Under the pieces are notes generated by a model that worked only from the letters and a program-made list of their open reading frames with translations, was not told the DNA's origin and did not search any database. This document shows, in pieces, positions 22,794-33,895 of a stretch of 64,000 nt of DNA. Position numbers and translations under genes: made by a program. Every line of letters begins with the position of its first letter. Position 1 is the stretch's first letter. The stretch spans positions 1 to 64,000 of the forward strand of contig JBFXJJ010000014.1 in the NCBI GenBank assembly GCA_050175015.1, read 5' to 3'. The DNA is from Alphaproteobacteria bacterium (GTDB taxonomy: Bacteria; Pseudomonadota; Alphaproteobacteria; JBFXJJ01).

Positions 22794-25700
22794 TTATGAA
22801 CAGCCTGTTGTTGTTCCGCAAGTATCACATTTTAAGCATGTACCATTTCTTACAAGAGTAAAGTTGCCGCATTCAGGACAAGAATCTCCAACATATCCTT
22901 TCATTCTTGCGGTTCTAATTTTGGTTGCCCTATCGCCAGCAAAATTTTCGATATGGGCTGAACTGCTTTCTGTTACGGTGGTGTTGTTAGTGCCATATCC
23001 TGCCAGTGATGATGAACTTACGCTGGTTTCACTGCTTATTGTCATATGCTCTAATTCTTCGGTTTCTTCATCACCAACGACATAAAATTTAGAACGCACG
23101 AACCCTTTTGAGGTCATTTTCTTGAATATCTTTTCTGCATTTTCGTGGCGAACTTTGTGTCCTTCTCCAGTAGTTAAGCCATCATCGTAAAAGTCGGCTG
23201 GTTCAACATGGGCTAAATCCATACGTCCCAAATATGAAATTGCTAATTCGCGGAAAACATAATCCAAAATAGATGTCGACATTTTTATCGTGTCATTGCC
23301 CTCAACAATTCCTGATGGTTTAAATCTTGTGAAAGTGAAAGCCTCAACGTATTCTTCTAAAGGTACGCCATATTGCAATCCGATTGAAATAGCGATAGCA
23401 AAGTTGTTCATCATACTTCTAAATGCGGCGCCTTCTTTGTGCATATCAATAAAGACTTCACCGAGCTTGCCGTCTTCATACTCACCAGTTCTTAAGTATA
23501 CCTTATGACCGCCGATGCGAGCCTTTTGGGTATAACCTTTGCGGCGGTTAGGGAGATGGCGCCTTTGAACAGGCATAATCTTTTCAACAATTCGTTCCGC
23601 AAGCATAGAAGCTTTGCTGGTATTTGAAGCATCAAGAAATTCTTCTTCATCAATGTCTTCAAAAATAGAAGCAACCAATGGCTGGCTTAATTTTGAACTA
23701 TCACGATAAAGAGCAATCGCTTTAAGACCGAGTTTGTGAGCAAATTCATAAGCAGAACCACAGTCTTTAATTGCGGCATTGGAGTTCATATTAATTGTTT
23801 TAGAAATCGCTCCCGAAATGAAAGGCTGAGCAACAGCCATCATCTTTATATGGGATTCTGTTGCAAGATATCTTTTGCCAATTCTACCGCATGGGGTTGC
23901 ACAGTCAAAAATTGGAAGATGCTCATCTTTCAGGTGCGGCGCTCCTTCTAAGGTCATTGTACCGCAGCAGAAATTGTTTGCGGCTTCAATTTCTTTTTTG
24001 CTGAAACCAATGGCTGAAAGTAAGTCAAATCTGGGGTTATTTAAATCTTCTGTTTTGATTCTAAGAACTTCAGTGCAGAAACTATCTCCTAAAATCCAGC
24101 GGTTAAAGACAAACCTGATATCAAACGCATTATCCAGTGCGGCCTCGATTTTTTGTAAAGCATCATCATCAAAGCCTTTTGTTATTAGGCTGTTATGATT
24201 AATATAAGGTGCATTTTTGATTGAACCGTGTCCCAAAGCATAGCGGGTTATATTGTTGATTTCATTTTCGGTATAGCCAAGTTTGTTTAAAGCTTTAGGA
24301 ACTATCTGATTAATAATCTTAAAATATCCGCCGCCCGCAAGTTTTTTAAACTTAACCATAGCAAAATCAGGTTCAATGCCTGTGGTATCACAGTCCATTA
24401 AAAGTCCGATAGTGCCAGTTGGTGCGATAACCGAAACTTGAGCGTTGCGGAAGCCGCTTTTTAAGCCTTTTTTAAGAGCTTTATCCCACATGGTTTTTGC
24501 GGCATCTGCTACTTGAGGCTGCGGGCAGTTGACTACATCTAAAGGCAGAGGCGATACCGATAAGTCTTCATATCCCGTAGGCAGCCCATAAGCCGCACGG
24601 TGATGATTGCGAATGACTTTGAGCATATCATCTTTGTTCTTTTCATAGGCATTGAAAGGATTAAGTTCTTCTGCCATATCGGCTGATGTTGCATAAGCCG
24701 TTCCTGTCATCAGAGCAGAAATAGCGGCACATAAAGAACGTCCTCTTGTGCTGTCATATGGTAAAGCGCAAGCCATTAATAAGCCGCCAAGGTTAGCATA
24801 ACCTAACCCTAAGGTTCTAAAGTCATAAGAATTTTTAGCAATGCTTTTTGATGGGAACTGTGCCATTAAAACAGATATTTCAAGCACGACAGTCCATAAC
24901 CTAACTGTATGAACAAAACTATCAACGTCAAAAATGCCGTCATCTTTTAGAAAATGCATAAGATTAAGAGACGCAAGGTTGCAAGCCGTATCATCTAGGA
25001 ACATATATTCTGAGCAGGGATTAGATGCATTAATTCTGCCTGATTTAGGACACGTATGCCATTCATTTATAGTGGTATCAAATTGAATTCCAGGGTCGGC
25101 GCAAAGCCAAGCTGCTCTTGAAACTTTTTCCCAAAGCTCTCGGGCAGGCATAGTTTTTATTGTTGATTTATCGGTTCTTGCAATAAGATTCCAAGGTAAG
25201 TCATTTTTTATAGCGTCCATAAACTGATTGCTTACGCGAACGGTGTTGTTGGAATTCTGTCCTGATACGGTGTTGTATGCTTCAGACTGCCAATCCGTAT
25301 CATATACAGGAAAGTCAATATCAGTTACGCCCTGCTTAATCATTTGCAGCGTTCTTTGAATTAATAATTCAGGAACGAAGTCTTTTTTAGCTTCATATAG
25401 GGCTTTTTTTAATTCTTGATTTTTCTTAGGGTCTATTTTTGCCATATCATCTTTAGCATCACAGGACAAGCAAGCCTTAGTAATGTTTTTAAGATGATGT
25501 TGAACTTTCATAGAACCAGCAACTAGAGCGGCAACTTTTTGTTCTTCAATGACTTTCCAATCAATAAAATCTTCAATATCGGGGTGATCAATATCTACAA
25601 TAACCATCTTGGCAGCTCTTCGGGTTGTGCCTCCAGATTTAATTGCTCCAGCGGCTCTATCGCCAATTTTTAAGAAATTAACCAAACCAGAAGATTTGCC

Positions 25701-26444
25701 GCCGCCAGAAAGATTTTCGTTCTTTCCTCTAAGATTTGAGAAGTTAGTTCCAGAACCAGAGCCATATTTAAAAAGTCTCGCTTCTCTATTAAGTAAATCC
25801 ATAATGCCGTTTTCATTAATCAAATCATCATCAATGGATTGAATAAAGCAGGCGTGAGGTTGAGGGCGTTCATAAGCAGTTGAAGACTTAATAACTTTTT
25901 CAGTTTTTGGGTCAACATAGTAGTGACCGTTTGATTTTTTATCAATGCCATAAGCCCAAAAAAGGCCTGTGTTAAACCACTGCGGGGAGTTAGGTGCCGC
26001 TACCTGCATTGCCAGCATAAAGCGCAGTTCATCAAAAAAGGTTCGAGCATCTTTTTCCGAATCGAAATATCCTGCTTTATATCCCCAGTATGTCCAAGTT
26101 CCAGCTAAACGGTTAAAAACTTGCGTTGCACTTCTTTCACCGATATATCTGCTTTCTTCAGGAAGTTTTTCTAAAGCTTCCATATCAGCTTCACAGCGGT
26201 AAAGCCATTCCGGAACGCCTTCTTCTGGAACTGCTTTTAAGATTGCAGGAACTCCTGCTTTTCTAAAATATTTTTGCGCCAAAATATCGCAGGCAACTTG
26301 TGACCAAAAAGATGGAACCTCAACACCATTGTGGCTGAAAACAACCGAACCATCAGTGTTTCTAATTTCACTTTTCATTTCTCTGAAAGTCATTTTTTCA
26401 TAAGGAGAAGCATTTTCTTTGGTGAAGAGTCTCTCTATACGCAT
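22794..26444 (-). CDS. nrdJ: Vitamin B12-dependent (class II) ribonucleotide reductase
   Basis: [34 protein letters not shown]; C-terminal TSCPD domain and CPECG...CLKCDTCG Zn ribbon; no intein-sized insertion. Confidence 0.97.
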   Translation of the reverse strand: MRIERLFTKENASPYEKMTFREMKSEIRNTDGSVVFSHNGVEVPSFWSQVACDILAQKYFRKAGVPAILKAVPEEGVPEWLYRCEADMEALEKLPEESRYIGERSATQVFNRLAGTWTYWGYKAGYFDSEKDARTFFDELRFMLAMQVAAPNSPQWFNTGLFWAYGIDKKSNGHYYVDPKTEKVIKSSTAYERPQPHACFIQSIDDDLINENGIMDLLNREARLFKYGSGSGTNFSNLRGKNENLSGGGKSSGLVNFLKIGDRAAGAIKSGGTTRRAAKMVIVDIDHPDIEDFIDWKVIEEQKVAALVAGSMKVQHHLKNITKACLSCDAKDDMAKIDPKKNQELKKALYEAKKDFVPELLIQRTLQMIKQGVTDIDFPVYDTDWQSEAYNTVSGQNSNNTVRVSNQFMDAIKNDLPWNLIARTDKSTIKTMPARELWEKVSRAAWLCADPGIQFDTTINEWHTCPKSGRINASNPCSEYMFLDDTACNLASLNLMHFLKDDGIFDVDSFVHTVRLWTVVLEISVLMAQFPSKSIAKNSYDFRTLGLGYANLGGLLMACALPYDSTRGRSLCAAISALMTGTAYATSADMAEELNPFNAYEKNKDDMLKVIRNHHRAAYGLPTGYEDLSVSPLPLDVVNCPQPQVADAAKTMWDKALKKGLKSGFRNAQVSVIAPTGTIGLLMDCDTTGIEPDFAMVKFKKLAGGGYFKIINQIVPKALNKLGYTENEINNITRYALGHGSIKNAPYINHNSLITKGFDDDALQKIEAALDNAFDIRFVFNRWILGDSFCTEVLRIKTEDLNNPRFDLLSAIGFSKKEIEAANNFCCGTMTLEGAPHLKDEHLPIFDCATPCGRIGKRYLATESHIKMMAVAQPFISGAISKTINMNSNAAIKDCGSAYEFAHKLGLKAIALYRDSSKLSQPLVASIFEDIDEEEFLDASNTSKASMLAERIVEKIMPVQRRHLPNRRKGYTQKARIGGHKVYLRTGEYEDGKLGEVFIDMHKEGAAFRSMMNNFAIAISIGLQYGVPLEEYVEAFTFTRFKPSGIVEGNDTIKMSTSILDYVFRELAISYLGRMDLAHVEPADFYDDGLTTGEGHKVRHENAEKIFKKMTSKGFVRSKFYVVGDEETEELEHMTISSETSVSSSSLAGYGTNNTTVTESSSAHIENFAGDRATKIRTARMKGYVGDSCPECGNFTLVRNGTCLKCDTCGTTTGCS

Positions 26445-26628
26445 AGTTTTTTACCTCAATAATTTGGTTTAAAAAATAAACAGCAAAAGCTTTTATATAA
26501 AAAATATTTTATATTATCAGTTAGTGCAAGCGTTTTTTATAATAATTCTAAATTGTTAAAAAAGTATAAAAACAAATAATTTTATCTTGCGGCAGAGAAT
26601 AACACTTTTTGCATTAATAAGCCATATC

Positions 26629-26644
26629 TATCAAAATATAGTTT
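26629..26644 (-). promoter_or_regulatory. Putative NrdR box upstream of nrdJ
   Basis: Minus strand aaaCTATATTTTGata fits the core CwAtATaTwG with 1 mismatch; about 185 bp upstream of the nrdJ start; nrdR is nearby. The AT-rich background lowers confidence. Confidence 0.45.
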
Positions 26645-27076
26645 TTTTATATTTGTCTTGAAAATAGTGTTTTTAAGAGTTTTCTTAATGTTTCAGCCCT
26701 TTTTTAGAATAGCCAAGTTATGCACGTTATAAACAATATTTATTAGTTTTACTAAAATGTTTTTTTATAGCAGAAGAGGTTGGATTTTATTGCTGGGAAG
26801 TTACGTCCGTGGGTTATAACTCTTCTTTTAATGCCTTTTGGCGCAGAAATAGTTTGATATGGTATGACGTTATTCTTGGGTATTTAATTACGAAAAATTT
26901 GCAGGAAAAAAAGAAATATAATTAAGCTTTAAGTATGCAAAAGACGGTTTTTTAGATAAAGAAATTAGAGTGTTTTTTTAGGGTTTATAAAAAATATAGA
27001 ATGATTACTTGCGTTTTTTATCAAAAATAAGTTAGATTTAGTTACCGTTGTAGGTGTTTTTTAGGTGTTAATGACT

Positions 27077-27532
27077 ATGAAATTATCTTGTTTAAAAAAA
27101 GTAGTAAAAACAGTTGCTCTTGTTGGTTTTTTGTTATCAGCAGCAGCTTGTGTTCCTATGATGGACAATCGTGGCAGTTTTCCAGATGATAATAAGATTA
27201 CTAACATCGTTCCTGGAAAAACATCATCTTTTGAAGTTGAACGCTATTTAGGATCTCCCTCAAGTCGTTCCATTTTTGGAGATACCGTTTGGTATTATAT
27301 TTCAAGTAAGCAAAAGCGTTTTGCTTTTTATAAATTAGAGGAATTAGAACGTAAAGTTCTTGCGATAACCTTTGACAATGATAATGTTGTATCCAAAATG
27401 GATTTTTATGATAAAAACGATTCTGTAAACGTTGACATCGCAGGCAAAGAAACCCAAACTTATGGTCATTCTATCGGCTTTATGGAGCAGCTTTTAGGAA
27501 ACTTAGGTCGTTTTGAACAATCTAAAGACTAA
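27077..27532 (+). CDS. bamE: Outer membrane protein assembly lipoprotein BamE
   Basis: Lipobox AAAC; LGSPS, WYYIS and the C-terminal QLLGNLGRF typical of alphaproteobacterial BamE/OmlA; start codon uncertain (27065-27077). Confidence 0.9.
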   Translation: MKLSCLKKVVKTVALVGFLLSAAACVPMMDNRGSFPDDNKITNIVPGKTSSFEVERYLGSPSSRSIFGDTVWYYISSKQKRFAFYKLEELERKVLAITFDNDNVVSKMDFYDKNDSVNVDIAGKETQTYGHSIGFMEQLLGNLGRFEQSKD

Positions 27533-27560
27533 CATATTTAAAGTTCTTTTATTTTTAGAG

Positions 27561-27587
27561 CTATTTTTTTTAGAAATAAAAAAGTAG
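27561..27587. terminator. AT-rich hairpin between convergent bamE and nusB
   Basis: CTATTTTTTT-tagaaat-AAAAAAGTAG. Confidence 0.35.
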
Positions 27588-27637
27588 GTTCATAAAATTA
27601 TCAAAGGTTTCCAGTTTTAGATTTTCTCTTAATATTT

Positions 27638-28108
27638 TTAAAAATCTCTAGCTGTTTTTGCTATTTTATCAAGAACCGCATTGACTAGTCCGACTTCGGC
27701 ATTGTTATAAAATGAAGATGTTATGCCAACATATTCATCAATAATTATCTGCACAGGAGTTTCTGTTTCATAAGATAATTCATAGGCGCCGCAAAGTAAT
27801 ATAGCCTTGACGGTTTTTTCGATTCTTTCTTTGGTCCAGCTGCGAGACAGATTGCTGAAAACAATGTTTGATAACTCTTCAAAACGAAAAGCTGTCCCTC
27901 TTGCTATTCTTTCAAAAAGCTTATTATCCATTTTAACTAAAGGAACAACTTCTTCAAAGCCACAGTCTTCATCTTCAATTAAAGCTTCTCCTCCTAGGGA
28001 GCCGTTTTCAAAGAGATTAACAATCTCATCAACGGGCATACCATATTCCATCATATAGGTAGCTTGAACTGCGGCTAAACGTGAAGACGTATATTTTTTA
28101 TAATCCAT
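27638..28108 (-). CDS. nusB: Transcription antitermination factor NusB
   Basis: RLAAVQATY, W..ERI, AILLCGAYEL, IIDEYV, VNAVLDKI. Confidence 0.92.
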   Translation of the reverse strand: MDYKKYTSSRLAAVQATYMMEYGMPVDEIVNLFENGSLGGEALIEDEDCGFEEVVPLVKMDNKLFERIARGTAFRFEELSNIVFSNLSRSWTKERIEKTVKAILLCGAYELSYETETPVQIIIDEYVGITSSFYNNAEVGLVNAVLDKIAKTARDF

Positions 28109-28127
28109 GTTTCTTATTCTTTATTTT

Positions 28128-28601
28128 TTAGGAATCAATATTGTTGTCGCTGTCATCATCAAGTTTACCTATAAAAGCTTCAAAATCTTTTGCTTCTCTG
28201 AAGTTTTTATAAACCGAGGCAAATCTTACATAGGCTACTGAATCTAAATCAGCGAGGGCTTCCATAACCAATTCGCCGATGGTTTCTGAAGCTATTTCAG
28301 ATTCTCCTGAACTTTCTAAGCGGCGTTGAATAGAGTTTACAACTTTTTCAACTCTTTCGATATCGACAGGGCGTTTGCGAACTGCAATCTGGATAGATCT
28401 AGCTAGCTTGTCACGATCAAACATTGTTTTTTGACCATTACGTTTTACAATCGTGAGTTCACGAATTTGAACTCTTTCAAATGTTGTAAATCTTGAAGTG
28501 CAAGATGGACAATAACGTCTGCGTCTAATCGAAGCATTATCTTCGGTTGGACGAGAATCTTTAACTTGAGTATCGCTATAACCACAAAAAGGACAACGCA
28601 T
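28128..28601 (-). CDS. nrdR: Transcriptional repressor NrdR
   Basis: MRCPFC, VKDSR, RRRRYC..C..RFTTFE, ATP cone, [10 protein letters not shown]. Confidence 0.98.
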   Translation of the reverse strand: MRCPFCGYSDTQVKDSRPTEDNASIRRRRYCPSCTSRFTTFERVQIRELTIVKRNGQKTMFDRDKLARSIQIAVRKRPVDIERVEKVVNSIQRRLESSGESEIASETIGELVMEALADLDSVAYVRFASVYKNFREAKDFEAFIGKLDDDSDNNIDS

Positions 28602-28634
28602 TTTCTTTCCTTTATATTACATAATAATTATGAG

Positions 28635-29936
28635 TTAACAACAGCAACAGCAGCTTGCACCGCCGTATACAGGAAACTTATCACATAAATCTGTAACTTT
28701 TTCCTTAACAATATCTTTAATAACATCAAATTTTTCTGGATTTTCTGATATAAAGTCAAAAACATCACCAATCATATCGCCAATTTGAGCAAATTCTTTT
28801 TCTCCGAAACCCCTTGTGGTTCCTGCTGGGGTTCCTAATCTGATACCTGACGTAATTGTCGGTTTTTGAGGATCAAAAGGAATGCCATTTTTATTGCAGG
28901 TAATATAAGCTTGTTCTAGTGCGTGCTCAGCATCTTTTCCTGTTAAATTTTTAGGTCTTAAATCAACCAACATCAAATGAGTATCAGTTCCACCTGAAAC
29001 GATGTCTAGCCCTCTTTGTGATAAGGTCTCTGCTAGTACTTTAGCATTGTTGATAACATTTTGAGCATAAACTTTAAACGAAGGATCTAAAGCTTCACCT
29101 AACGCAACAGCTTTTGCTGCAATTACGTGCATCAAAGGTCCGCCTTGCAATCCTGGGAATACGGCTGAATTAATTTTTTTGGCGAGTTCTTCGTTATTGG
29201 TAAGAATCATACCGCCTCTAGGTCCTCTAAGAGTTTTATGCGTAGTTGTTGTTACAATATCGGCATATTCCATAGGTGAGGGGTGGACACCGCCAGCAAC
29301 TAGACCGGCAAAGTGAGCCATATCAACCATAAGATAAGCGCCAACTTCATCGGCAATTTCTCTAAAGCGTTTAAAGTCGATATGACGAGGGTATGCTGAA
29401 CCACCAGCAATAATTAATTTCGGCTTATTTTCTTTAGCAAGTTTTTCAATCTCATCAAAATCAATTAAGCTGTCTTCTTTTCTAACGCCGTATTGAACCG
29501 AGTTGAACCATTTACCAGATAGGGCAGGTTTGGCACCGTGAGTTAAATGTCCGCCAGCGGCAAGTGACATTCCCATAATGGTATCATTAGGAGATAACAA
29601 AGCGAGAAGGACTGCGCCATTAGCTTGAGCTCCAGAGTGAGGCTGAACATTAATAAATTCGCAGTTAAAAAGTTTTTTAGCTCTCTCTATAGCAAGAGCT
29701 TCTGCAATATCAACAAATTCGCATCCGCCATAATAACGTTTTGAAGGATAGCCTTCGGCATATTTGTTTGTTAAAACCGAACCTTGAGCTTCTAAAACGG
29801 CTTGAGATACGATGTTTTCGGAAGCGATTAATTCAATTTGATTATGCTGGCGATTTTTTTCCTGTTTAATTGCAAGAAAAAGTTCTTTGTCGACATCGGC
29901 AAGTTTGCCTTCCCAAAATTTATTATTAATAGTCAT
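28635..29936 (-). CDS. glyA: Serine hydroxymethyltransferase, with an unusual C-terminal CCCCC
   Basis: [34 protein letters not shown]; true start is ATG 29936 after a GAGG RBS. Confidence 0.98.
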   Translation of the reverse strand: MTINNKFWEGKLADVDKELFLAIKQEKNRQHNQIELIASENIVSQAVLEAQGSVLTNKYAEGYPSKRYYGGCEFVDIAEALAIERAKKLFNCEFINVQPHSGAQANGAVLLALLSPNDTIMGMSLAAGGHLTHGAKPALSGKWFNSVQYGVRKEDSLIDFDEIEKLAKENKPKLIIAGGSAYPRHIDFKRFREIADEVGAYLMVDMAHFAGLVAGGVHPSPMEYADIVTTTTHKTLRGPRGGMILTNNEELAKKINSAVFPGLQGGPLMHVIAAKAVALGEALDPSFKVYAQNVINNAKVLAETLSQRGLDIVSGGTDTHLMLVDLRPKNLTGKDAEHALEQAYITCNKNGIPFDPQKPTITSGIRLGTPAGTTRGFGEKEFAQIGDMIGDVFDFISENPEKFDVIKDIVKEKVTDLCDKFPVYGGASCCCCC

Positions 29937-29940
29937 AAAG

Positions 29941-30402
29941 TTATTCCTCATCATTAAGAGAGCAGCCGCAATTAGACATCTTATCGATTCTTTTCTGGTG
30001 TCTTCCGCCTTCAAACTCTGTATTTAAAAATATATTCAAGCAATCTTTTGCTGTTTCAATTCCTATGGTTCTTCCGCCGAAAACAATAACATTCGCATTG
30101 TTATGCAAGCGGCTCATTTTGGCTCCATATCCATCATAAATTAATGCGGCTCTAAGATAGGGATAGCGGTTAGCTGAAATGCTGATGCCAATTCCCGATC
30201 CGCAGATTAAAACGCCAGTATCTGCAAGCTTGTTTTTGATTGCCCCAGCCATTTTGGCTGCATAATCTGGATAGTCAACCGAATCAGAAGAATTAGTCCC
30301 TAAGTCTAAGGTTTGATATCCTTTATCTTGAAGTTCTTTTAATAAGAGATTTTTTAATTCGAAACCGCCGTGATCCGCAGCGAAAGCAATAGTTTTATGC
30401 AT
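29941..30402 (-). CDS. rpiB: Ribose-5-phosphate isomerase B
   Basis: DHGG, SVDYPD, CGSGIG, HNNAN, FEGGRH. Confidence 0.96.
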   Translation of the reverse strand: MHKTIAFAADHGGFELKNLLLKELQDKGYQTLDLGTNSSDSVDYPDYAAKMAGAIKNKLADTGVLICGSGIGISISANRYPYLRAALIYDGYGAKMSRLHNNANVIVFGGRTIGIETAKDCLNIFLNTEFEGGRHQKRIDKMSNCGCSLNDEE

Positions 30403-30528
30403 ATTTAGATAACACCCGATTTAAAAATAATTCACATTTAAATATTGTAAAAAATTTGTACCATAGCTTGATTTTTTTTGCGAGTTAAACTTTAAAAAAT
30501 AAAAATTAAATATTTTAATAAATATCGC

Positions 30529-30556
30529 TTGCGTAAAATTTTTTTTTAGTTATTAT
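30529..30556 (+). promoter_or_regulatory. Probable sigma70 promoter of the tRNA pair
   Basis: TTGCGT-N16-TATTAT preceded by an AT-rich UP-like tract, 26 bp before tRNA-Cys. Confidence 0.5.
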
Positions 30557-30582
30557 GTTGGAAATAATTTGGTGGTCAATAT

Positions 30583-30656
30583 GGCCGGATGGCAGAATGG
30601 CTATGCAGAGGACTGCAAATCCTTGTATGTCGGTTCGATTCCGGCTCCGGCCTCCA
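30583..30656 (+). tRNA. tRNA-Cys(GCA)
   Basis: GGCCGGA...TCCGGCC acceptor stem, anticodon arm GAGGA-CTGCAAA-TCCTT, GGTTCGATTCC T arm, encoded CCA; 74 nt. Confidence 0.97.
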
Positions 30657-30662
30657 ACATAT

Positions 30663-30737
30663 TCCGGCATAGCTCAATGGTAGAGCAATCGGCTGTTAAC
30701 CGATAGGTTGTAGGTTCGAATCCTACTGCCGGAGCCA
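30663..30737 (+). tRNA. tRNA-Asn(GTT)
   Basis: TCCGGCA...TGCCGGA acceptor stem, ATCGG-CTGTTAA-CCGAT anticodon arm, GGTTCGAATCC T arm, encoded CCA; 75 nt. Confidence 0.97.
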
Positions 30738-30742
30738 ATTAG

Positions 30743-30788
30743 AACCCTTTGATGTATTTATAAACGCATCAAAGGGTTTTTTATTTTT
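30743..30788 (+). terminator. Rho-independent terminator after the tRNA pair (probably bidirectional)
   Basis: 12-bp stem AACCCTTTGATG/CATCAAAGGGTT followed by a T-rich tract. Confidence 0.85.
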
Positions 30789-30811
30789 GCACTGCTTTAA
30801 AGCATATTGCT

Positions 30812-32788
30812 TTAAATGTTTTCAGTCTTATCTCTTAAATAAGTAATAAAACGATTAACGTCATTTTCTAAATTTTTAAAAGATGAGGTTAAGTTGTCTG
30901 ATGCTTTTAATAAATCATTAGAAAGATTTTCGGTTCTTCTGGTTTCACCACTGATGTTTGTAATATTTTGGGATACCTTGCTTGTTCCAATAGCCGCATT
31001 TTGAATATTTTTAGAAATCTCTTGAGTAGCAGTTCCTTGTTCTTCGACAGCAGCAGATATGGCTGATGTAATTTCGTTGATATTATCAATAATTTTTGCA
31101 ATCACTTTAATAGATTCAACAGATTCATTTGTTGATTGCTGAACATCTGTGATTTGAAGAACGATTTCATCGGTTGCTTTTGCTGTCTGATTGGCTAAAT
31201 TTTTAACTTCTCCAGCAACAACGGCAAAACCTTTGCCGGCATCTCCAGCTCTAGCCGCTTCGATTGTCGCATTAAGTGCAAGAAGGTTAGTTTGACTGGC
31301 AATGTCAGTAATCAAACCAACAATATCGCCAATTTTGTTAACAGCTAGGCTTAATCCTTGGATTTTCTTATTGGCATTGTTGGTTTCTGTAACTGCTTTA
31401 GATGATATTTCGGAGGCACTGCTGAGCTGAGAACTTATTTCATTAATTGAAGATGATAGTTCTTCCGTTGCAGCTGCAACCATTGCAACATTAGATGAAG
31501 CATTCTCTGTAATATCGGTAGTTTCAGTCATATTTGAAACAACATTATTGGAAATCTTGTTAATTTTTATAATAAGATTTTTTATTTCAATAACAGCTTC
31601 AGAAACAGAGGTCACAAGCTTTTTGATTGATGCTTCAAAGTTGTCAGAAACCTCTCTTAAAGCAAGTTTCTGTTTTTCGGAGGCTTCCTTTTCTATAAGG
31701 CGCTGCTTTTTTTCTAATTCGTGGTTTCTAATAGTGTTTTCTTTAAATATCTCTATAGCTTTGGACATATCGCCAATTTCATCTTTACGATTAATATTAG
31801 GAATTTCGACCGACAGATTGTTTTGTGATAATTCGTTCATAATATTAGTGGTATCAACTATAGGCTGGCTGATAGCTTTGGCTAAAAGCATGCTGATAAC
31901 AGTTCCAAGGAATAGTATAAAAGCAGCTGTTAACAGAAATATTTTTTGGATATTTGATAGCTGGTTCTCATAATCACTGGTATCCATAGTTATTTCTAAG
32001 ACCCCAACTATTTTTCCTGAAAAATCAAAAATTGGGGCAAAAAGCGTAGCTATCGGATTGTTATTAGTTTTGCCATATAAAATTTCTTGTTTGTTGCCAA
32101 AAACTTCATTTTTTACTGATGAGCTTGAAAGAGGAGAAGAAAAAGTTTCTGCAAAAGTTTCGTATTTGTCACCTCTTTTTAAGTAGATGCCAATATCAAC
32201 TCCAAAAAGATTTTTAAATTCTTCAACAAATTTTTGCCCAAAACTAATACCAAATTCAACCGAACCTGTATGCTCATTATGATAAAACATAGGAACAACA
32301 GCTCTAATTCCTAATCCAGCAACACCTTCTTCTAAGCCAAGCATAACTTTTTTTTGCTGGTTGGCTTCAACTACAGTAAATCTAAAAGATGACAAGTCAT
32401 CTCCAAATTTTGATGGCTTATGAACTCTTAAAAAAGATGTTGCAGGTGGTGTGTGGAACTGGAACTGCGAAAGCCCAATTTCTTCGCTGGAGGCTTTGTA
32501 TGCAGATAAAAACATATCAGACAATGCATCTCGATTGTGTTCAGCAAAGAGTTTTTGAGTTGTTTCCATATTTGAAATAAACAAGCTCAAGGCTTTTCCA
32601 ACTTCTACCCTCTGATTAATGAAAGACTTAAAAGTTTTGTAATAGCTGTTAAGTTCTCGCTCCCCTGCTTTTTTAATAGTATTATTCATACCATATAGAA
32701 ATATGTAACCAGAGATAATGCTTGTTATAAATAATAAAGCGAAAAATGATAAAATAATTTTATTTTTAATACATATATTTTTAAGCAA
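30812..32788 (-). CDS. Methyl-accepting chemotaxis protein (Cache sensor + HAMP)
   Basis: 2 TMs, periplasmic [14 protein letters not shown] (dCache_3-like), [30 protein letters not shown] signalling domain. Confidence 0.95.
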   Translation of the reverse strand: MLKNICIKNKIILSFFALLFITSIISGYIFLYGMNNTIKKAGERELNSYYKTFKSFINQRVEVGKALSLFISNMETTQKLFAEHNRDALSDMFLSAYKASSEEIGLSQFQFHTPPATSFLRVHKPSKFGDDLSSFRFTVVEANQQKKVMLGLEEGVAGLGIRAVVPMFYHNEHTGSVEFGISFGQKFVEEFKNLFGVDIGIYLKRGDKYETFAETFSSPLSSSSVKNEVFGNKQEILYGKTNNNPIATLFAPIFDFSGKIVGVLEITMDTSDYENQLSNIQKIFLLTAAFILFLGTVISMLLAKAISQPIVDTTNIMNELSQNNLSVEIPNINRKDEIGDMSKAIEIFKENTIRNHELEKKQRLIEKEASEKQKLALREVSDNFEASIKKLVTSVSEAVIEIKNLIIKINKISNNVVSNMTETTDITENASSNVAMVAAATEELSSSINEISSQLSSASEISSKAVTETNNANKKIQGLSLAVNKIGDIVGLITDIASQTNLLALNATIEAARAGDAGKGFAVVAGEVKNLANQTAKATDEIVLQITDVQQSTNESVESIKVIAKIIDNINEITSAISAAVEEQGTATQEISKNIQNAAIGTSKVSQNITNISGETRRTENLSNDLLKASDNLTSSFKNLENDVNRFITYLRDKTENI

Positions 32789-32980
32789 TACAAGTCTCCA
32801 TAATATTAAATTAGTTTAAATAGTTTATATTAAAAGAGATATAGTTCAATTTTTATTTATATAAAGTTTGCGTGTTGTTCAATACTTATGGATATAATCT
32901 AAAGTTTGGGTTTGCATAAGTTGTTTGTTTAAAGTTATTGTATTTTAATTAACATCATAAACTAAAATTGGTCGTAATTT

Positions 32981-33721
32981 ATGAAACTATCAGAGCAGTA
33001 TTCAAAACAATATAATTGGCGCAGCTGGGATAAAATATATTGTAAACTTCCTACGCTTGCGGGGAAAAAAGTGCTTGATGTCGGCTGCGCTATTGGCGAT
33101 CAATCGCAGGATTTTTCAGATATGGGGGCGTTGGTTACAGGAATTGACGGCAATCAAGAGTTGTTAGCTGTTGCCAAATCAAGAAATATTGCCAACAGTC
33201 AATTTATCAAAGCTGATTTTGGCAATATGGATATGCTGCAAGAGGAAAAATATGACTTAATATGGTCAAGTTTTTCAATAGCGTATTTTATGGATCAATC
33301 AAAAATTATTAATTATTGGAAAAGTTTTTTAAAAGACGGCGGTTTTTTGTGTTTGATTGAGATGTCAGATTTATTGGGACACGAACCGCTTGCCAATAAA
33401 TATAAAAAGCAGGTAGAAAAATTTTATAAAGATGCGTTTGCAGAGCAGAGATATGATTTTTTAGCAGGAGAAAAACTTGAAAAATCTATGATTAGTGGAG
33501 GTTTTGAAATTATTGCTGCCGAAAACATTGCAGATAAAGAACTCTCTTTTTCTGGAGAAGCTCCAGAAGAAATAAGGAAAGCGTGGTTTCAACGTTTTGA
33601 AAGACCAAAAATGAAAGAAGATTTACCTCTTGGATTAGCCGAGGCGTTTCTTGAAACAATTAATAGAAAAGACCATAAGTCTAATTGTGTTGTAAAATTT
33701 GTATTGGGTAAAAAGCTATAA
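32981..33721 (+). CDS. Class I SAM-dependent methyltransferase, substrate unknown
   Basis: VLDVGCAIG, TGID, YDLIW, LKDGG motifs. Confidence 0.85.
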   Translation: MKLSEQYSKQYNWRSWDKIYCKLPTLAGKKVLDVGCAIGDQSQDFSDMGALVTGIDGNQELLAVAKSRNIANSQFIKADFGNMDMLQEEKYDLIWSSFSIAYFMDQSKIINYWKSFLKDGGFLCLIEMSDLLGHEPLANKYKKQVEKFYKDAFAEQRYDFLAGEKLEKSMISGGFEIIAAENIADKELSFSGEAPEEIRKAWFQRFERPKMKEDLPLGLAEAFLETINRKDHKSNCVVKFVLGKKL

Positions 33722-33895
33722 TCAAAAGAAAATAATTGGTTTATGCCTTTTATAAAAATGGGCGATGAGAGGTATATCCTTCTTTAAGGCATTGTTTATA
33801 AAAGTTAAAGAAACTTGTAAGTTAAATTGGGGAATGATACCTTGGCATAATAAGATGTTTTCTTCCTAAAGATTTTACAAAAAGGTTTAAAAAAT

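Noticed and set aside
22794-26444. Intein or intron in nrdJ
   Set aside because: The length is normal for the long alphaproteobacterial NrdJ, the NPCSE motif is uninterrupted, and no splicing or homing-endonuclease motifs were seen.
29937-30014. Extended glyA N-terminus in the ORF track
   Set aside because: It overlaps rpiB; ATG 29936 has a good RBS and gives a normal SHMT length.
30583-33721. Genomic island or prophage integrated at tRNA-Asn
   Set aside because: No integrase and no duplicated tRNA 3' end were seen; the terminator follows the tRNA directly.
33740-33860. Fluoride riboswitch (GGCGATGAG) or sigma54 promoter (TTGGCAT) upstream of the malic enzyme
   Set aside because: There is no closing CGCC stem or pseudoknot partner, and the -12 GC of sigma54 is missing.
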